64,000 nucleotides of DNA from Eledone cirrhosa (GCA_964016885.1 OZ024755.1:6448001-6512000), one strand, 5' to 3'. Positions 1 through 14,730 are shown, numbered from the stretch's first letter. A program made the numbers and translations. The notes: generated by a model from the letters alone, not told the origin.

Positions 1-337
1 ACACGGTGCCACGCCAATACTGTCATGCAACGTCCTCAAAGACAAAGTACAAGCCACATAGCACTACTTATTCTGAGACCAACTCCCACCTCCTTGACCG
101 CAATAACATCCTAGCTATCATGCTGTCGCTTAAGCTAACCATAATTAGATGTCAAACACTCCTCAAATAGCACTCTTCATTATTTATTAAAGTGACACTC
201 TGGATAATGTAGTCCAAGATATACTATGCTTGGATTATTCAAAATCTGAATGGCCAAATCTTGAGTGCATTTGTCTATACGGCCAGATCTGACGCACACT
301 ATAACAATAAGGACAGAGAGTAATAATTTCTATGTGA

Positions 338-518
338 GGCACAACACTTCAAAAGCTGGTAATAGGGGGTCATTTCAATATATCGATCTCACTACTTGAC
401 TGGTATTTGCTTTTGTTGACCGAGGACAATCAAAGTTGACCTTAACGTGGTTTGAACGTATGTTTCAGAACACCGTAAATAAATAACACAAAAGGTGCAA
501 CCGATTCTGGTTTCCACC
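338..518 (-). mobile_element. Degenerate copy of tRNA-derived SINE family A
   Basis: Diverged match to the reverse complement of the family A body (actggtattt..ttttgttgacc...aaagttgacctt...gtttgaac). Confidence 0.5.
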
Positions 519-949
519 ATTCTAAACAACTAAATCAACAATAATAATCATGGATCCATTGACTTGGTTATTAGGGGTCCCTCGTTGGGGTAGAAATAGC
601 AGCCAAATCCCCCTCAACGCGTTTAATCATGTGTCCGCTCTCATCAAGCTGGCATGTGGCTAATCACGACAGTCATTGCAGAAGTATCTTTGATCATAGG
701 TCTGCTCTATGCAAACTAATCTTAGGTTAATGGTGATGGTCATGGTAGAAACGTTTTTATCGTAGATCTGCTCAACGGAAACCTACCGTGAGCTAAACGG
801 TAGAGATGAAAGCAGTAACTCTAAAGCTACGAATGTAGAGAACAATAACATATTCCTACAGTCACTGGTGCAATGTTGTTGGTGGGACTTCGTCTGGTTT
901 AGCGACGAGTGGGAACAAACGACGAAACAGCTTGTTGGTGAAAATTTAC

Positions 950-1250
950 GTTGTTGTTTGTTGTTGTTTGTTGTTGTTTGTTATTGTTGTTTGTTATTGT
1001 TGTTGTTACAGCTCACACCTATGCAGGTTTAGCTGGCCTACTCCAAAGGATATCTCGTTGGAGGTGTCTTGGGGGATTTAATGATAGGATCCCCAGTCCT
1101 ATCATATTTACGTGCAGGTGGCTGAGTATTTCACACATAGGTTCACTCTTCATGCAATTCTAGGAGATTCAGCGCGACAATGTGGAACACAGCTGGTACT
1201 TTCAATCACACGTACACTTCATTTTTCTGAGTTGAGTAGACGGAAACTGT
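950..1250 (-). mobile_element. Degenerate 3' part of tRNA/CORE SINE family C with (CAA)n tail
   Basis: acgtgcaggtggctgagtatt...ggagattcagcgcgaca...catttttctgagttgagtagac is the reverse complement of the family C body at 9701-10034 and 42736-42909. (TTG)n at 950-1007 is the tail. Confidence 0.55.
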
Positions 1251-1257
1251 TTAAAAT

Positions 1258-1325
1258 ATAATTGTTTCTACTTTTGGCAAAAGGCCAGCAATTATCCCAG
1301 TGCTTTATTTTATCGACGCCGTAAG
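1258..1325 (-). mobile_element. 3' fragment of SINE family A
   Basis: taattgtttctacttttggcaaaaggccagcaattatcccagtg..tttattttatcgac matches the reverse complement of the family A 3' end. Confidence 0.75.
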
Positions 1326-2406
1326 AATTTTAGTGCCTTGCACAAAGATATAAGGTAGACCCTGGAATCGAACTCATGATCCAGTGATGGCGAGATTAAC
1401 AACTGAATCAATAAACCTACTCCAGTACAAACTGAAGATTCACGAAACATCTAAATGAATATACACACCACTTAGATATATAAATGCAGGTGTATTCGTT
1501 GATGGAAGAATATATACATGCATGTACAAAGCACACGTATATACATACACAGGCACACCTACTTACAAACACACAGTCATACAGACGTGCACATATTCAT
1601 ATATACATGCAGACATAGATAACTATACACATACGTATATATACACGAGTGCACATACACACACATACATACCTGCATGTACACGCCTCCAAACACACAT
1701 ACATACACTCATTCACACACATGCATAGATATATATATATACAGCTTTATTTGCCTCGGCGGAATATTTCTGACCAATGAAATAACTAAGTATTTATGTA
1801 AGTAGAGACACATATACAAATACAACCACGCGTACACGTGCACACACGCACGTGTGTTTGTCTGTGCGCGCGTGCAGTTACGAATTCATCTGTTTCTTTC
1901 TCTCTCTCTCTTTCACTATGTATGTATGTGAGTATGTGTGTATGTATATATGTATATATGTATGTGTGTATGTATATATGTATATATGTATATGTGTGTA
2001 TGTATGTGTGTGTGTGTAACACGTAATCGTGTCCTCGCTCCACAATCAAATGCATAGATTTATTAACACACAATGCAAGGGTTTATCCATACAACAATCC
2101 ATCTATACATCCCTCTTTCTCTGTATAATACATAAATAAATATATATACATAAATATAAATACACACATAAATAGAAACATGCATATATATTTACATATA
2201 TATTTACATACACACAAATATATAAATAAATATATATATATATATGGTATTTTAAATGTCTGTGTTTAAAACATTCAAATACAGTTTACATAGCACTCAA
2301 TACAAGGTAAGCACTGTAATTATTAATTGAAGAAAAATATAGCAGTGACTTCGAAGTTCCAGCTACATCTGACTGACTAAATAAAGCAATAGAGAGAGAG
2401 AGAGAG

Positions 2407-2674
2407 TCTTAAGCCAGAAGGCTCATTTGACCGGTGCTTATCCCGGTTGGCATGGCGTGAAGCGACTGAGAGTACAAGACTGCCCCCTGGAGAGGACGCC
2501 AGTCCATCGCAGGGTTAAATCTCCAGCTATTGCTGGTACTCATTTTCAGCTGAGTATACTGGAGCAACATGAAATGAAGTGTTTTGCTCAAGAACACAGC
2601 ACGCAACCCAAGAATCGAGCCTACGACATTATGATCGTTAGTCCAACGCTCTTACAACTAGGCCACGTGCCTCC
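2407..2674 (-). mobile_element. Full-length tRNA-derived CORE-type SINE, family B
   Basis: Reverse complement aligns end to end with 35207-35490. It has an A/B-box-like head, a CORE-like gtgttcttgagcaaaacacttcatttca segment and an accctgcgatggactggcgtcc segment. Confidence 0.85.
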
Positions 2675-2912
2675 ACGTATATATGTGTGTATATATATAT
2701 ATATATATAGATAGATAGATATACAAACACATACATACATACCAGATCTGTTTTGTTTTGTTTTGTTTAGCAGTCGAAGTTGTTTTGTTTAGCGGTCTGA
2801 AAATTGTGAATAAAACATTGTTTCAATTTTTTTTTATTCACTGTTTAAGATTTATAATCATTTAAATCGTATGATCCCAATGCGCTGAAAAACTGCCTCT
2901 ACACTGCATGTA

Positions 2913-2914
<2 letters not shown>

Positions 2915-2954
<40 letters not shown>

Positions 2955-2958
2955 ATGT

Positions 2959-3006
<48 letters not shown>

Positions 3007-3022
3007 CACATATACACAATGT

Positions 3023-3069
<47 letters not shown>

Positions 3070-3094
3070 TATATATACACATATACACAATGTG

Positions 3095-3132
<38 letters not shown>

Positions 3133-3486
3133 TTATATATATATATATAACATATATATATACAATGTTACATATATATATATAACATATCTATATACAA
3201 TGTGTTATATATATATATATATATATAAAACATTGTATATAGATATGTTATATATATATATAACATTGTATATATTTATATATATATAACATTGTATATA
3301 TTTATATATATATATATATAACATTGTATACATATATATAACATTGTATATATTGTGTATATATATATATATACATTGTATATATAACATTGTATATATA
3401 TATGTTATATATATATATATATATATAACACATTGTATATATATATATATATATAACACATTGTATATATATGTTATACATATATG

Positions 3487-3523
<37 letters not shown>

Positions 3524-3562
3524 CATAAATATACAATGTGTGTATGTATATATACATATAAA

Positions 3563-3602
<40 letters not shown>
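2915..3602. repeat. Compound (TA)n array punctuated by CAATGT/ACATTG units
   Basis: Directly visible in the sequence. Confidence 0.9.
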
Positions 3603-3605
<3 letters not shown>

Positions 3606-4618
3606 CACATTAATATTTGAAGAAAAAAACAAACTTTTAACTGTACTTACGTTTCTAGAAGTAGATCCGTTCTTCTATCTGTAAGTTTCCGACCGCGTTT
3701 GTTTAAATATATACCACTAACTATTATTACTCTTAATATTATTGCTGTTGTAGTTAATATACTATTATTATTACCGCTATTACTGCTACTATTAATTCAT
3801 ATTTTTTTTCTATACTTAGCTTAGTCAATGTATTTGTTATCTATATAAAAAAAAAAGCGTTTGTTTTCATTTATAATCCAACTAGTTTCAGAGCTTTTAT
3901 TTAACGTTCTCCTCCTTTTAAGACCCGAATTAGTTCGTATTTTGTTAGCGCGCGTGTATACGTGTTTGCATATAACTCATATATATCTATAGATGGATAT
4001 GTATGTATGGATGGATTAGTTAAGTATGGATGGATGAATGAATGGATGTGTGTGTGTATGTAACTAAAACTTCCGTTAATATATGATATATATTTATATA
4101 CTGCTACGTTTATATATATCTATATATTTAAATATATACATATATTTATACCTGTATATACGTATCCGTGTTTATTTCACGCACTTTCTCTAACACGTTC
4201 TCTATTTCTCTCTCTCTCTCTCAATATATATCTATATATATATATATATATATACCTCTCAATTTCTTCCTCTATATATTTATATACCTGTCTATATATG
4301 TGAATAAGGATATTATTTCACACACATCACACACGCATATATATATATATATATATATATAAGTAGTCTAAAAATATCTATTGGGCTTATATTTGTTTTC
4401 TTATATACATATATATGTGTGTATGTGTGTGTTTGAGTGTGTGTAAATGCGCTTGTGTATGCGTATGCGTGTATATACACGCGTATCTACTTGTTTAGTC
4501 GCGTGTACGACGTGTATAAAGATGTAAGCTTCTGCTTTGAAGGTTTTATACACATCCAGAAGACTGGTATATATACTTATATAATGTAAATATATATAAA
4601 TATATATATATATAAGTT

Positions 4619-4736
4619 ATTCCGGGTTGAATCGGAGGTAACCACAGTAAGTAAGGTACTCAACACAGAGTATAAATCCTGATGATTTCTCACGAATGAA
4701 ACAGTTACTAGTCCTGTAGAAGCTCTTCTATATTAA
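4619..4736. mobile_element. Penelope-like (TA)n-embedded fragment, family P2, with hammerhead core (5' strand of stem I truncated)
   Basis: Homologous to 47851-48030, 42290-42457 and 35907-36072. CTGATGA at 4679-4685 followed by GAAAcag...ctgTAgaag. Confidence 0.7.
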
Positions 4737-4737
4737 A

Positions 4738-4786
<49 letters not shown>

Positions 4787-5230
4787 ATATATACACGTTG
4801 CTCTGCGCGCGCGTGCGTATATTTATATGTATGTAATGTCAACGGTGGTTAGCCTACAATAATAGCAACAACAACAATAGCCGAGCTGTCATAGTTTAGC
4901 AATAATAGTAAAAGATAATAGTAACAATACTATTATAATTCTTTTTTTTTTCTTCTTTTACAACTACTATTACTATTATTACGAGAAGTAGTAGTAGTAG
5001 TAATAGTAGTAGTAGTAGTAGTAATAGTAGTAGTAGTAGTAGTATTAGTAGTAGTAATCCCTTCGGTCGTGAATGTGATTCGGTTTGTTGTGTGGTGTCA
5101 CTTCACTTTCTCATCGTATAGCAACCATGCAGTGAGTGATAAGAAGAGAGCCTGTGTAAATATCCATGTAACACTGACAAACTAAAAGCGACTGACAGTA
5201 TAACGGTTTCATCGCATATACACACACACT

Positions 5231-5275
<45 letters not shown>

Positions 5276-5315
5276 AGAGAGAGATATATATATGTATATA
5301 AACACTCACAGATAC

Positions 5316-6435
<1,120 letters not shown>

Positions 6436-6535
6436 TGTCCATTTACTTATTCCCCTTCTCCCATTGTTTCCCTACATTACCTTTATCCAATTCACCTCAC
6501 TACTCCAATCTAATCTAGTCATTATTTTGTTTCTC

Positions 6536-6572
<37 letters not shown>

Positions 6573-6934
6573 CTATCTGTTTATATATTTATCAGTCCAT
6601 CCATCTCTCTCTCTCTCGTAAAGCAGGGAAAACGAGGTTGAATTGTTATATATATATTATATATATATATTATATATATATATTATATATATTATATATA
6701 TATTATATATATATGTGTTAGGTAATTTCAAAGGAAAATAGAGTGCTCTATGTATAGAACAGAGCTATTTAATTAGAAAGTGAGCAACACAAAATATAAC
6801 TACTCCATTACCAAAGGTTTCTGGATACACACACAAACACACACACAAACACACACACAAACACACACACAACACACAACACACAAAACACACACACAAC
6901 ACACAACACAAAGAAATATAAGTTTAATATTAGT

Positions 6935-7087
6935 GTTCAAATCCCACTGAGGTTAGCTTTGACTTTCATCCTTGGGGGTTTGATACAATAAAGTACCAGT
7001 GATGTACTGGGGAGGATTTGATCGTCTTGCACGTCCCCCCACCCCCTTCAAATTGCTGGCCTTGTGCCTCAATTAGAAACCAATATT
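6935..7087 (+). mobile_element. 5'-truncated SINE family A copy
   Basis: gttcaaatcccactgaggttagctttgactttcatcc...aaagtaccagt...aaattgctggccttgtgcc..tagaaac. Confidence 0.75.
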
Positions 7088-7198
7088 AGTGACAGCGAGA
7101 ATACTAAATACTATAATTATGATTTATAGTTTAAGGCTGATCCAGTAACCTGTTACCCTGGAGATTTCCCGCCATACTACAGCTTCCACAGACAGTTC

Positions 7199-7246
<48 letters not shown>

Positions 7247-7752
7247 CGCGCATATATGCGCGAGTGTGTGCATGCGTGTGAGACACAGGTTCACCACCCA
7301 GTCTCTTCTCTTTACTGACACCTTTTTTCATTTTTTTTTCATCTTTCTCTGGTTTAAAAAAAGACGAAAAAGAAAGACGAAAAAAGAAGAAAGAGAAAGA
7401 AAGAAAAAAGAGAAAGAAAGAGAAAGAAAGAAAGAGAAAGAAAGAAAGAAAGAAAGAGAAAGAAAGAAAGTGTGTTACAAAGTAGATGGAGTAAGATAGA
7501 GACAGGGAAAGAATGAGTTTAGAAAGAGACGTGTGTGTGTGTGTGTGTGTGTGTGTGAGTGAGTGAGTGCTTCCCTTTGTCTCCCTTTTTCTCACTCGTG
7601 AGTGTGTGTATGTGTGTGTGTATGTGTGTGTGTATGTGTGTGTGTATGTGTGTGTGTATGTGTGTGTGTATGTGTGTGAATAAAACACTGTTCTAAAGAT
7701 ATCCAAACACACACACGCACACACACGCACACGCACACGCACACGCACACGC

Positions 7753-7792
<40 letters not shown>

Positions 7793-8005
7793 AGGAGAGA
7801 GAAAGGGAGGGTTACACTGATTCACATAGAGATAGAGGAGCTGACAAGGATTCTCATACAGAGAGAGAGAGAGAGAGAGAGGTTTACAATGATTCACAAA
7901 CAGAGAGAGGTGGAAGAGAAAGAGACAAATATTCAAACACACACACACACACATATGGACTTCCACGGAGAGAGAGAGGGATACAGAGAGAGGGTGAGAG
8001 AGGGG

Positions 8006-8046
<41 letters not shown>

Positions 8047-8087
8047 AGAGAGAGAGAGAGAAATAGACAGAGAGAGTGAGAGCTATT

Positions 8088-8130
<43 letters not shown>

Positions 8131-8726
8131 CCACATATACAAGGCCATACGAAGTTCACTAGTTTATCACCTCCTCCCTATTATTCCTTCTTCACCTTTC
8201 AATCCCCTCCTCCTCCTCCCACCTCACACAACCACTATCTAGCCTCCAACCTGCCTCACAAGCATCGCCTACCGAAACCTATATGTGTTCTCCCGATCCG
8301 CTAAAAATAGTAGCCAAACTTCAATCCACGCATCAATCCATTCATATTTTCATAGACACCTTTTATCCCTCCCTATCCATCCCTGACCATCCCTATCCAT
8401 CTATCTCTCTAAATGCCAATGTATGCCTATCGATCTATCTATCAATCTATCTACCAATATATTTAACTCTCACCTTCCCCCGCTGCCTCACTCTATGTAA
8501 TCGAATAACTATACATTCCTCCAAGTGTTCATCTATCTATCTATCTATCTTTCTAGCTATTAATCCATCTGTCTTTCATACTATCTTTCTATCTATTAAT
8601 CTACTTATCTATCTATCACATCTCCCCCAAATCACTACGGACCCCCACCCCACCCGAAAAAATTCTCCGTTTGAAAAAGGGAATGGAATTCCTTTGATCA
8701 TGTGAACAACATCAAGGTTTGCTTAG

Positions 8727-9467
8727 GGTTAAATAAGAACAACACCAAATAAACTACTATGTGGCTGTTCGGCTTGCTAGAAATAACACCAAAATTCACC
8801 TCAATTAAATGACATTCAATGAAAAAAAGACAAGGGCCCTTCAGATAATGTTCTTTATAAAACATATATATAATAAAAATAACGGATGTAATGATCAGAG
8901 CTTGAATCCGTTCGGTGATGAGTGTGCTGAATCAAGCATGACCTGTGGTTAAACAAACAACAGTAACTGAAGTATTCTTAATCGGAGTTGGCCTTAGGCT
9001 AAATAAGAAGAACGTTAAGGCAAGGAATCCTCTACATGGTTGTTCGACTTATAGAAAGAGCAGCTAAATCGAGCCGAGACCTCCCTATGTCGTTTTTAAA
9101 AGATAAAGAAAAGAAACAGGCAAGGAAGGACACACCTGATAGGGTATTACTAGATACCCCAAAATAGAAAAAGAAAGCAGGACCTGGAGTGCGTTAGATC
9201 AAACAGGACCTAAACAACAAAATGGATGAATCTTTGACTAAATAAGAACAACACCAAGCCTCTACATGGTCGCTCAACCTGCTAGAGATAGCTGCTCAAT
9301 CATCCTTAAATCACATTCGATCGTCTTAAAAAAAGACAAGGACACATCGGATAATGTTTCCCTAGATACACTATGACAGGAATAAATGACAGACGTGTCG
9401 ATTAGAGTTGGAATGCGTTTGACCATAAACGAGTTGAATCAAGCTTGAACGGTGTCTAAACAACGAC
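8727..9467 (+). repeat. Three diverged tandem copies (~240-270 bp) of a dispersed repeat, probably a SINE/LINE 3' module
   Basis: Each unit starts with aaataagaa(c/g)aac (8727, 8997, 9237) and contains tctacatgg..ttgctagaaatagcagc..aaat..ggacac..gataatg..ctagatac. Related fragments lie at ~575-730 (+), ~18605-18665 (-) and ~21290-21335 (-). Confidence 0.65.
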
Positions 9468-9700
9468 TACCCCATAGCTTACATTACAACCCTTTCCCTA
9501 GAAATAGATTAAGTCCTTTAAGGGCGCCAACTACTTAAAACATTGCATTGCCTCCCATATATAATGTCTCCAATTTTTTTTTTTTAATCTCCCCCCCCCC
9601 CCTTGTTCGGATTAGCACTGGATCAAAGTAGCCCGGGTTGGTACTTTATTAGCCATAGGAGCTAAGCTCGTTCCCTAGATATTACAGTTACATGTGTAAA

Positions 9701-10034
9701 GGGGCGTAGCTTAAGGGTTACCGTACGATAACCAGACCTTATGGCCGGGAGTTAGATTTCCGAGGGCGTGTTGTTGAGTCATGGAGCGAGGAACACTGTT
9801 TCATTGTTTTTCGTCAAACCATTCAAATTGATAAAAATAGGTTGCAGCAGTGATTCAAAGAGCCAAACTTATATTCGTATATCGCACTGGATCTTTCTGA
9901 AAATTACTCTAAGGTACAAAAGTGTATGGAAAGCTCGGCCATTTATTTGCACGTTAATTTAACGAGCGGGATTTTGTTCCAATGAACATACAACTGGAAT
10001 TCTCGTCGCCGAAACAAACGGAAGACCAATAAAC
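9701..10034 (+). mobile_element. Degenerate full-length tRNA/CORE SINE, family C
   Basis: Head resembles family B/D. The 3' part (gcacgttaatttaacgagc...caactggaa..ctcgtcg..acgga..ccaa) is shared with 42736-42909. Confidence 0.6.
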
Positions 10035-10641
10035 GTAAAGACAAACCGACACACACACACACACACACACACACGCGTAGATATATACATGCAAGGATAT
10101 ATCTGTATTTATCTGTGTGCGTGTGCGTGCTTCTGTTTTCTGCAATCAACAGCAGCAGTTCTTTCGTTCTGAACAACCGCCTTCACCGACACCATTTCTA
10201 CCACCTCCTACCACCACCACCACCACCACCACCTACCACCACCACCACTGTGCTTTCACATAGCGCGTGTTCAGTCGCGCACGCGGTCTGAACTGTGAAT
10301 GTCGAGAGAAAAGGGAAAAGAACGCGAGCGTGTTGGCTTTTGTTGCTACTATGTATGTTCAGGTGCGTTGTACACTTACGCAATAGAACACACGCATTTA
10401 CATAGATGCCAACATAAATACATAAACAGATAGTTTGAGGAATCCACATATCTACCTATCTGAGCACCCATACACCATGTTGGCATCAACAAGTCTAAGA
10501 AACCATCTATGTGGGTATCTCTCGATTCTATGTATAACACTTTATCTCTATTGCTCCGTTTCTCTCTCGATATATGAATATATGTGTGCGTGTGTATATA
10601 TATATGTGTGTGTGTATATTTATATATATGTGTGTGTATGA

Positions 10642-10680
<39 letters not shown>

Positions 10681-10704
10681 CGTGTATGAATATATATATA
10701 TATT

Positions 10705-10735
<31 letters not shown>

Positions 10736-10745
10736 GTGTGCGTGC

Positions 10746-10784
<39 letters not shown>

Positions 10785-10918
10785 TATACACACACACACA
10801 CACATATATATATACGTTTAATTTTGTGTGTATGTATATATAATATATATATAATGTATATACGCGGTCTCCATCCCTCAAGCTTTCCATCTTTCCCACC
10901 GACACACACACAACTCAC

Positions 10919-10966
<48 letters not shown>

Positions 10967-11023
10967 AATCTTAGACGGGAACAAAAACAGGGAGCCAGTA
11001 CAAATGAGTTTATTAGGTTCACG

Positions 11024-11076
<53 letters not shown>

Positions 11077-11332
11077 ATATAAAGGTATATATATATATAT
11101 AGGCAACCAGCAGCCAATCACTGGACGCGCGAAGGGGATGAAATGTTTGACAGTACTGGCCCATAGGGTCAGATACCCCAGTGGAAGAATATGCTCCAAA
11201 AGCATTAGACGTCCGTCGAACCTGCGGGTCCAGAATCAGACAGATCCACACAATGATCGCGTCTCGAGCTGTCCGCCGGCGAAACAATGGTAACAATAAA
11301 TTAAGCTCAGATGCATCACTGATTTTTCGTTT

Positions 11333-11374
<42 letters not shown>

Positions 11375-11845
11375 CTAGGTGGAATAAAGAGAAGGGGAGA
11401 AATATATATCTTGTAGATTGAGATATAGTTACGATTTGCAGCTAACTAGTTGAAAGGTCATTGAAACTGCAAGTAGCAGAAATTAGCTAAAATAGAAGGA
11501 TTTAAGTGTTTGCCAGAGAGAAAGGCGATTAAATATTTACACGCAGACACACAACATACATACATACACACGGTCGGAGCACAGCTGTCGGGGTCTGACT
11601 CTTTTCCTATTACACACCGAGTACTTCGGTGCGTTATGGTCCACCGGGTTATGGTCTACCGGTTTATTTACCACACTTCCTCCGTTATATATATATGGTA
11701 TAGATAGAAGTTCTAGCCGCAATATAGCAGATACTAATCGAATTGTTTGAGGCGGTCGCAAAGCACTCAATAGGGCGAAACGTTTATCTATTTTTGTTCA
11801 AAGTAAACACAAAAAATACGAAAGTGTGACACCAAGAAAAGCGAC

Positions 11846-11913
<68 letters not shown>

Positions 11914-11961
11914 CATTGTGCAGCCAATCCACGTTATTCGTCTCTCATTTACTCTATATAT

Positions 11962-12235
11962 AAGGTAAAGAGAAATAACACAATCGGTACAGTATATGGA
12001 AGGGGTATATTAGGTTAACGCTTGATATAGCAGGAAGAGGGTCTTAACTTTTCGAACGCTAGTCCATCATCAGAAGAAAGAATGAGAAATAAGATAGATT
12101 GCGGGGACGGGCGGGTTGGAATTGGAAAAGATGTGTTTAGATAAAAATGGGGTGTAGATAAAAATGTGTTTAGATAAAAATGGGGTGTAGATAAAAATGA
12201 CAGGTCCATTCATGTTGACATCTCTTGCAAAACTG
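11962..12235 (-). mobile_element. Penelope-like pLTR fragment (family P4) containing a minimal hammerhead
   Basis: Hammerhead at 12042-12077 (-). Its 3' tail (agaaataacacaatcggtacagtatatggaagg) recurs between (TA)n runs at ~39204-39240. Confidence 0.55.
12042..12077 (-). ncRNA. Minimal type I hammerhead ribozyme motif
   Basis: Minus strand reads tctt-CTGATGA-t-ggac-tagc-gttc-GAAA-ag-TT-aaga. Stem I tctt/aaga and stem II ggac/gttc pair. Stem III is reduced (AAAGTT, one change from palindromic AACGTT). Confidence 0.6.
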
Positions 12236-12300
12236 TTGGTGCTGGCGTTTTGTGTACGATTTATTTTTTAGAAAAGTGGATTATGGAGCGCGTCTACCTG

Positions 12301-12349
<49 letters not shown>

Positions 12350-12880
12350 GACACATAATCCAAGACAAGGGGCGCACAGGACAAAGACAATGGACAGTCC
12401 CTTTTTTTCAGTCAACCTCTGGAATTCACTATAGATATATATAGACACATAGCTGAGATTTCGAAGCCACTACCACTTTTCTCTCCAATAAACCTTACAC
12501 TACTTATAAGTATTCAGTACTTCAGTACTCATTCAGTTAATATTCGAATGGTTTGTGTACACTGGTACTTAAAGCAGTTACTTTAATACATGCACACACC
12601 CACACAAACACTCCCTCCATCCACATTATATATATATATATATTCTTATATAACTTAGTCTGTTAGGCAGTTATACATATGAAGAATGCAATTAGGTAAC
12701 TGTTATGTAAAAGCGCCATGTGCATTATTCATCACGAAAATATGCTGTTATGAATGCCAACATGTAGCTTTAAATGCATTCTTATTGCTGTAACTGATGA
12801 TGTAAACTTTATCTGAACACAATTCACGATTTAAATAGAATACGAGAGAGAGTTTGAAAGAGGTAGGGATTTATATATAT

Positions 12881-12913
<33 letters not shown>

Positions 12914-13289
12914 CATATATATAGAGGTGTATAGAGAGATAGAGAGAGAGAGGGGGGGAGGGAGACAGCGAGCGAGATATAGATAGATAGATATATATAT
13001 AGAGAGAGAGAGAGACAGACATAGAGAGAGAGAGTGTTTTCATTTTTCTCCTTCGTCTCATTATTCTGATAGTGTGTTAATGTGTCTTTGCTATAATCGC
13101 TTATGTGATTTTCTATGATTGCCTGTACGTATTATACATACAAATATTATATATATAGATAGATATATATATATATATATATATAGGTATATAGATAAGT
13201 CTAATCTCTCATATAATTGTCTTTCTCTGGAAAACTACTCACGTAAAATTCCTTTGCTAAACATTTAAATCTATAATTAATTTAGAATG

Positions 13290-13470
13290 TAGGCAACGAA
13301 TTGGTAGAATCGTTAGAGCGTTGGATAACATACTCCACAGTATTTAGTTTGGCGGTCAGCGCTCAGCGATCAAATCCCGTCGAGATCAAGTTAGCTTGAC
13401 ATCTTTTTGGGGTCCATAGAAAACAACCAAGTATGTGTGGTGGCTTGATATCTTGCGTCTGATATACGGC
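13290..13470 (+). mobile_element. Degenerate SINE family A-related copy
   Basis: ggcaacgaattggtagaatcgttagagcgttgga...caaatcccgtcgagatcaagttagc...ggggtccatagaaa. Confidence 0.55.
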
Positions 13471-14617
13471 CTCTGATTCGAGACTTTTTTCTTTTTTAAT
13501 GGGTTTATTATTTATTTCTAATGCAACTAATATAAGAATACATTTTTTTTTCCACATCAGATCTGGAACCTCCCGTTACAATTCAAGTGAAAATCATGTT
13601 AAGCATCGCACAACATATAACTTAATACGTTCCATGTGTGAAAACATGTAGGATAGTTGTAAGGAAATGTCAGGTTGAAAACATCAATTTAAAGAGAGTA
13701 TTTGATAAGCAAGCTGTGTATCGTGATTTAATTAAATTTACGAATTCTGCCAGCTTCAATGTTCCCGAGAATCACGTTATTATTACGAGATTCTGTCTAA
13801 AAACGATAAATGATGTAAATTTGATAATAAACAAGAGGCGTAAATTATGTAAAACTCCATAAAGGACACACAACTATAAATGTTTATTGAAATCAACCAC
13901 TTTACAGTTAGAGTTAATATCCTTTTCAGTAGATGGTTTTAATTTAGAAACGCACCCCCTCTCTAAAAGAACTACCCTGATAACTCGTTTGTATATATGT
14001 TTGGAATATAGAAAAACATGACGCATCTACATTGCCTATTCCTTGATCAGAAATGTAACATTTCTTTTACATTGGATATGGAAACAATCTGACAATGAAG
14101 AGCTTTCTGGCAGTATCAGTGATTCCTCCTTAAATCACAATGTATTTGGCAAACTGTCTTGAGTATATATTACTTTCCAAACTAGTATCTATCTGATAGC
14201 ATAGTTCTTTCTTTCCTTCTTTCTCTGTCTTCCTTTACTAAGTTATGAAGTTGCAGAATCATAAGAAAATCGGGTAGAAAGTATCGCTGTATTTCTCCCG
14301 AACACTGCGCTTTGATTTCAAGTCGCGCTGAGGTCAACTTTGTTTTTTATCCTTTCGCGGTCAATGAATTCATTTCTAGTTCAATACTGATGTTTCTTTT
14401 GCTATATTTATTTCTCTCCTCTCAATCTATCTCTCTAGGCATTTTTCTGGAAGAAACTGGCTGTATTCCGACCTGAGGAGGAATGGACTTCGCTAGGTTT
14501 TAAAAGCCCATGCTAATAACATGTAACGAAGACACTACTCCGACTCCATCAAATGTTAAGAGCCCATACTACCTTGCCTTTCCTAACAAATTTTCTCATA
14601 ATTGCTTTTACTTTTGG

Positions 14618-14730
14618 CACAAAGATAGCAAACACCTCAGCGCATTACTGGTACTTTATTTTATCGACCCTGGATGAAAAGCAAAATTAAGAATGAAAGG
14701 CATGCTAACCTCGACGAGATTTGAACTCAG
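14618..14730 (-). mobile_element. Partial SINE family A copy
   Basis: taattgcttttacttttggcaca...gcattactggtactttattttatcgaccc...aacctcgacgagatttgaactcag. Confidence 0.75.

Noticed and set aside
1432-1452. CTGAAGA-ttcac-GAAA hammerhead-like core
   Set aside because: No stem II and no stem I pairing. Likely chance.
2343-2377. Minus-strand cagt-CAGATGT...GAAG-tc-actg hammerhead-like motif
   Set aside because: Three core mismatches, too degenerate to support.
13545-13670. Possible plus-strand exon after ttttttttttccacatcag
   Set aside because: An acceptor-like site is present, but there is no strong donor and all frames close within ~100 bp without recognisable protein.
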